Made by a program: the position numbers and the translations under genes
DNA from: Camelus dromedarius
Taxonomy: Eukaryota
Assembly: GCF_036321535.1 (NCBI RefSeq)
Contig: NC_087436.1
Coordinates: forward strand, 117,368,001 to 117,432,000
Length of the DNA: 64,000 nt
Reading direction: 5' to 3'
In this document: positions 62,996 to 64,000 of the stretch, in pieces
Position numbering within the stretch: the stretch's first letter is position 1
Layout of the letters: the number at the start of each line of letters is the position of its first letter
The notes under the pieces: generated by a model
Database searches by the model: none
Seen by the model: only the letters and a program-made list of their open reading frames with translations
What the model was told of the DNA's origin: nothing

Positions 62996-63125
62996 ATTTT
63001 TATTTTTTTGGTGGTGAGGGTAAATAGGTTTATTTATTTATTCTCAGTGGAGGGACTGGGGATTGAACCCAGGACCTTGTGCATACTAAGCACGCACTCT
63101 ACCGTGGAGCTATGCCCTCCCGCCC
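62996..63125 (-). mobile_element. tRNA-derived SINE (camelid Vic-1-like) in a TMEM128 intron
   Basis: A/B boxes (tagctccacggtag, gggttcaatccc), A-rich tail, 12-bp TSD ccatttcctttt at 62984-62995 and 63126-63137. Confidence 0.85.
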
Positions 63126-64000
63126 CCATTTCCTTTTCATGCCCCACAGCCCCGGTTCAGACGCTGAGTCCAGGCTCTGCCACACATCAGCAGTGAGCTC
63201 CTGGGCACGCCACTTAGCACCACAGGTGCCCCAAACATCTTACAGCGCAATGAAGTCTTCCGAACCTCGCCACTTCCTTAAACTACTCAGGTACTCACGT
63301 TCTTATAGATAAGGGCATATAAGGACACAAAGAGATAAATCCTCTCACCTCTCCCCAGCCTCAACAAGGTCTACCTCCTGAGGCTGGGCTGGACTAGGCG
63401 CCGGTTCTAGGTGCCCCCACAGCATCCGGCACAGACACTTACACAGTATGCACCTGTGACCTATTCACCTGTCTATCACAGCCTAAAATGAGCTGCTGGA
63501 GGGTGAGAAACGTGCCTTGTTCACCTGTCACCAGAACTGTACGCATCTCAGGCTCTCCTGAAATATTCAATGAACGAAGGGGCAGCTGCTGTTGGTGGTG
63601 AGGAAGTAACCATTCCCTCACTCCCCATCCCAAGTTCTAGACCAACTGGGAGAGAGAAAGGAACAGGCTAATAAAGATCAACTGTCCGCTGTTTTACCGA
63701 CAGAGCTATGGGAAGAAGATGGTTTTGGTGAACGAGGACAAAGTGCTTCCTCATCCTGAAACCCAGAAATAGACAGACTTGCACACCGGGTTCCCAGTTA
63801 CCGTGAAAACCTAGAGACGTCTCACATCAGGGCTGCCCCATAAAGCTACGGCACAGATGAGCAGCCTGGAATCTGCTCAGACCGCAAGCAGCTGGCTCCC
63901 AAGAGCAAGAGAGGGCTGAGCTACCCATCTGCGTCTTCATCCCAAATCCAGTCAGGAAGTCCACAACCTCCCAGAGAAGGAGCGAGTGAGGGGAAGGGCC

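Noticed and set aside
1..64000. CRISPR arrays, rRNA, prokaryotic operons or a novel multi-gene system
   Set aside because: The sequence is clearly mammalian intron-exon DNA; none was seen.

Overview
Mammalian genomic DNA, most likely camelid: the only young SINEs are tRNA-derived Vic-1-like elements, and I saw no Alu, BovB/Bov-A2, PRE-1 or SINEC. The window holds the complete six-coding-exon OTOP1 gene (otopetrin-1 proton channel, minus strand, 46177->11547). Hand-splicing at GT-AG sites gives an intact 1839-nt ORF of 612 aa. Upstream on the same strand are the last two coding exons and the spliced 3' UTR of TMEM128. The rest is intronic or intergenic DNA rich in L1, L2/MIR, MLT1, MER5/20/58, a young ERV1-type solo LTR, two MER41-like LTR pieces, a decayed and rearranged ERVL gag-pro/pol relic, a long (GAA)n tract and two CpG-rich islands. 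I found no convincing new gene or novel multi-gene system. The best leads concern regulation and splicing: an in-frame alternative first exon for OTOP1, a possible NMD-tuning cassette exon or recursive splice site in the TMEM128 3' UTR intron, an intact antisense solo LTR in OTOP1 intron 3, and an orphan CpG island with tandem CTCF motifs. Repeat family names come from recalled consensus sequences and repeat boundaries are approximate.
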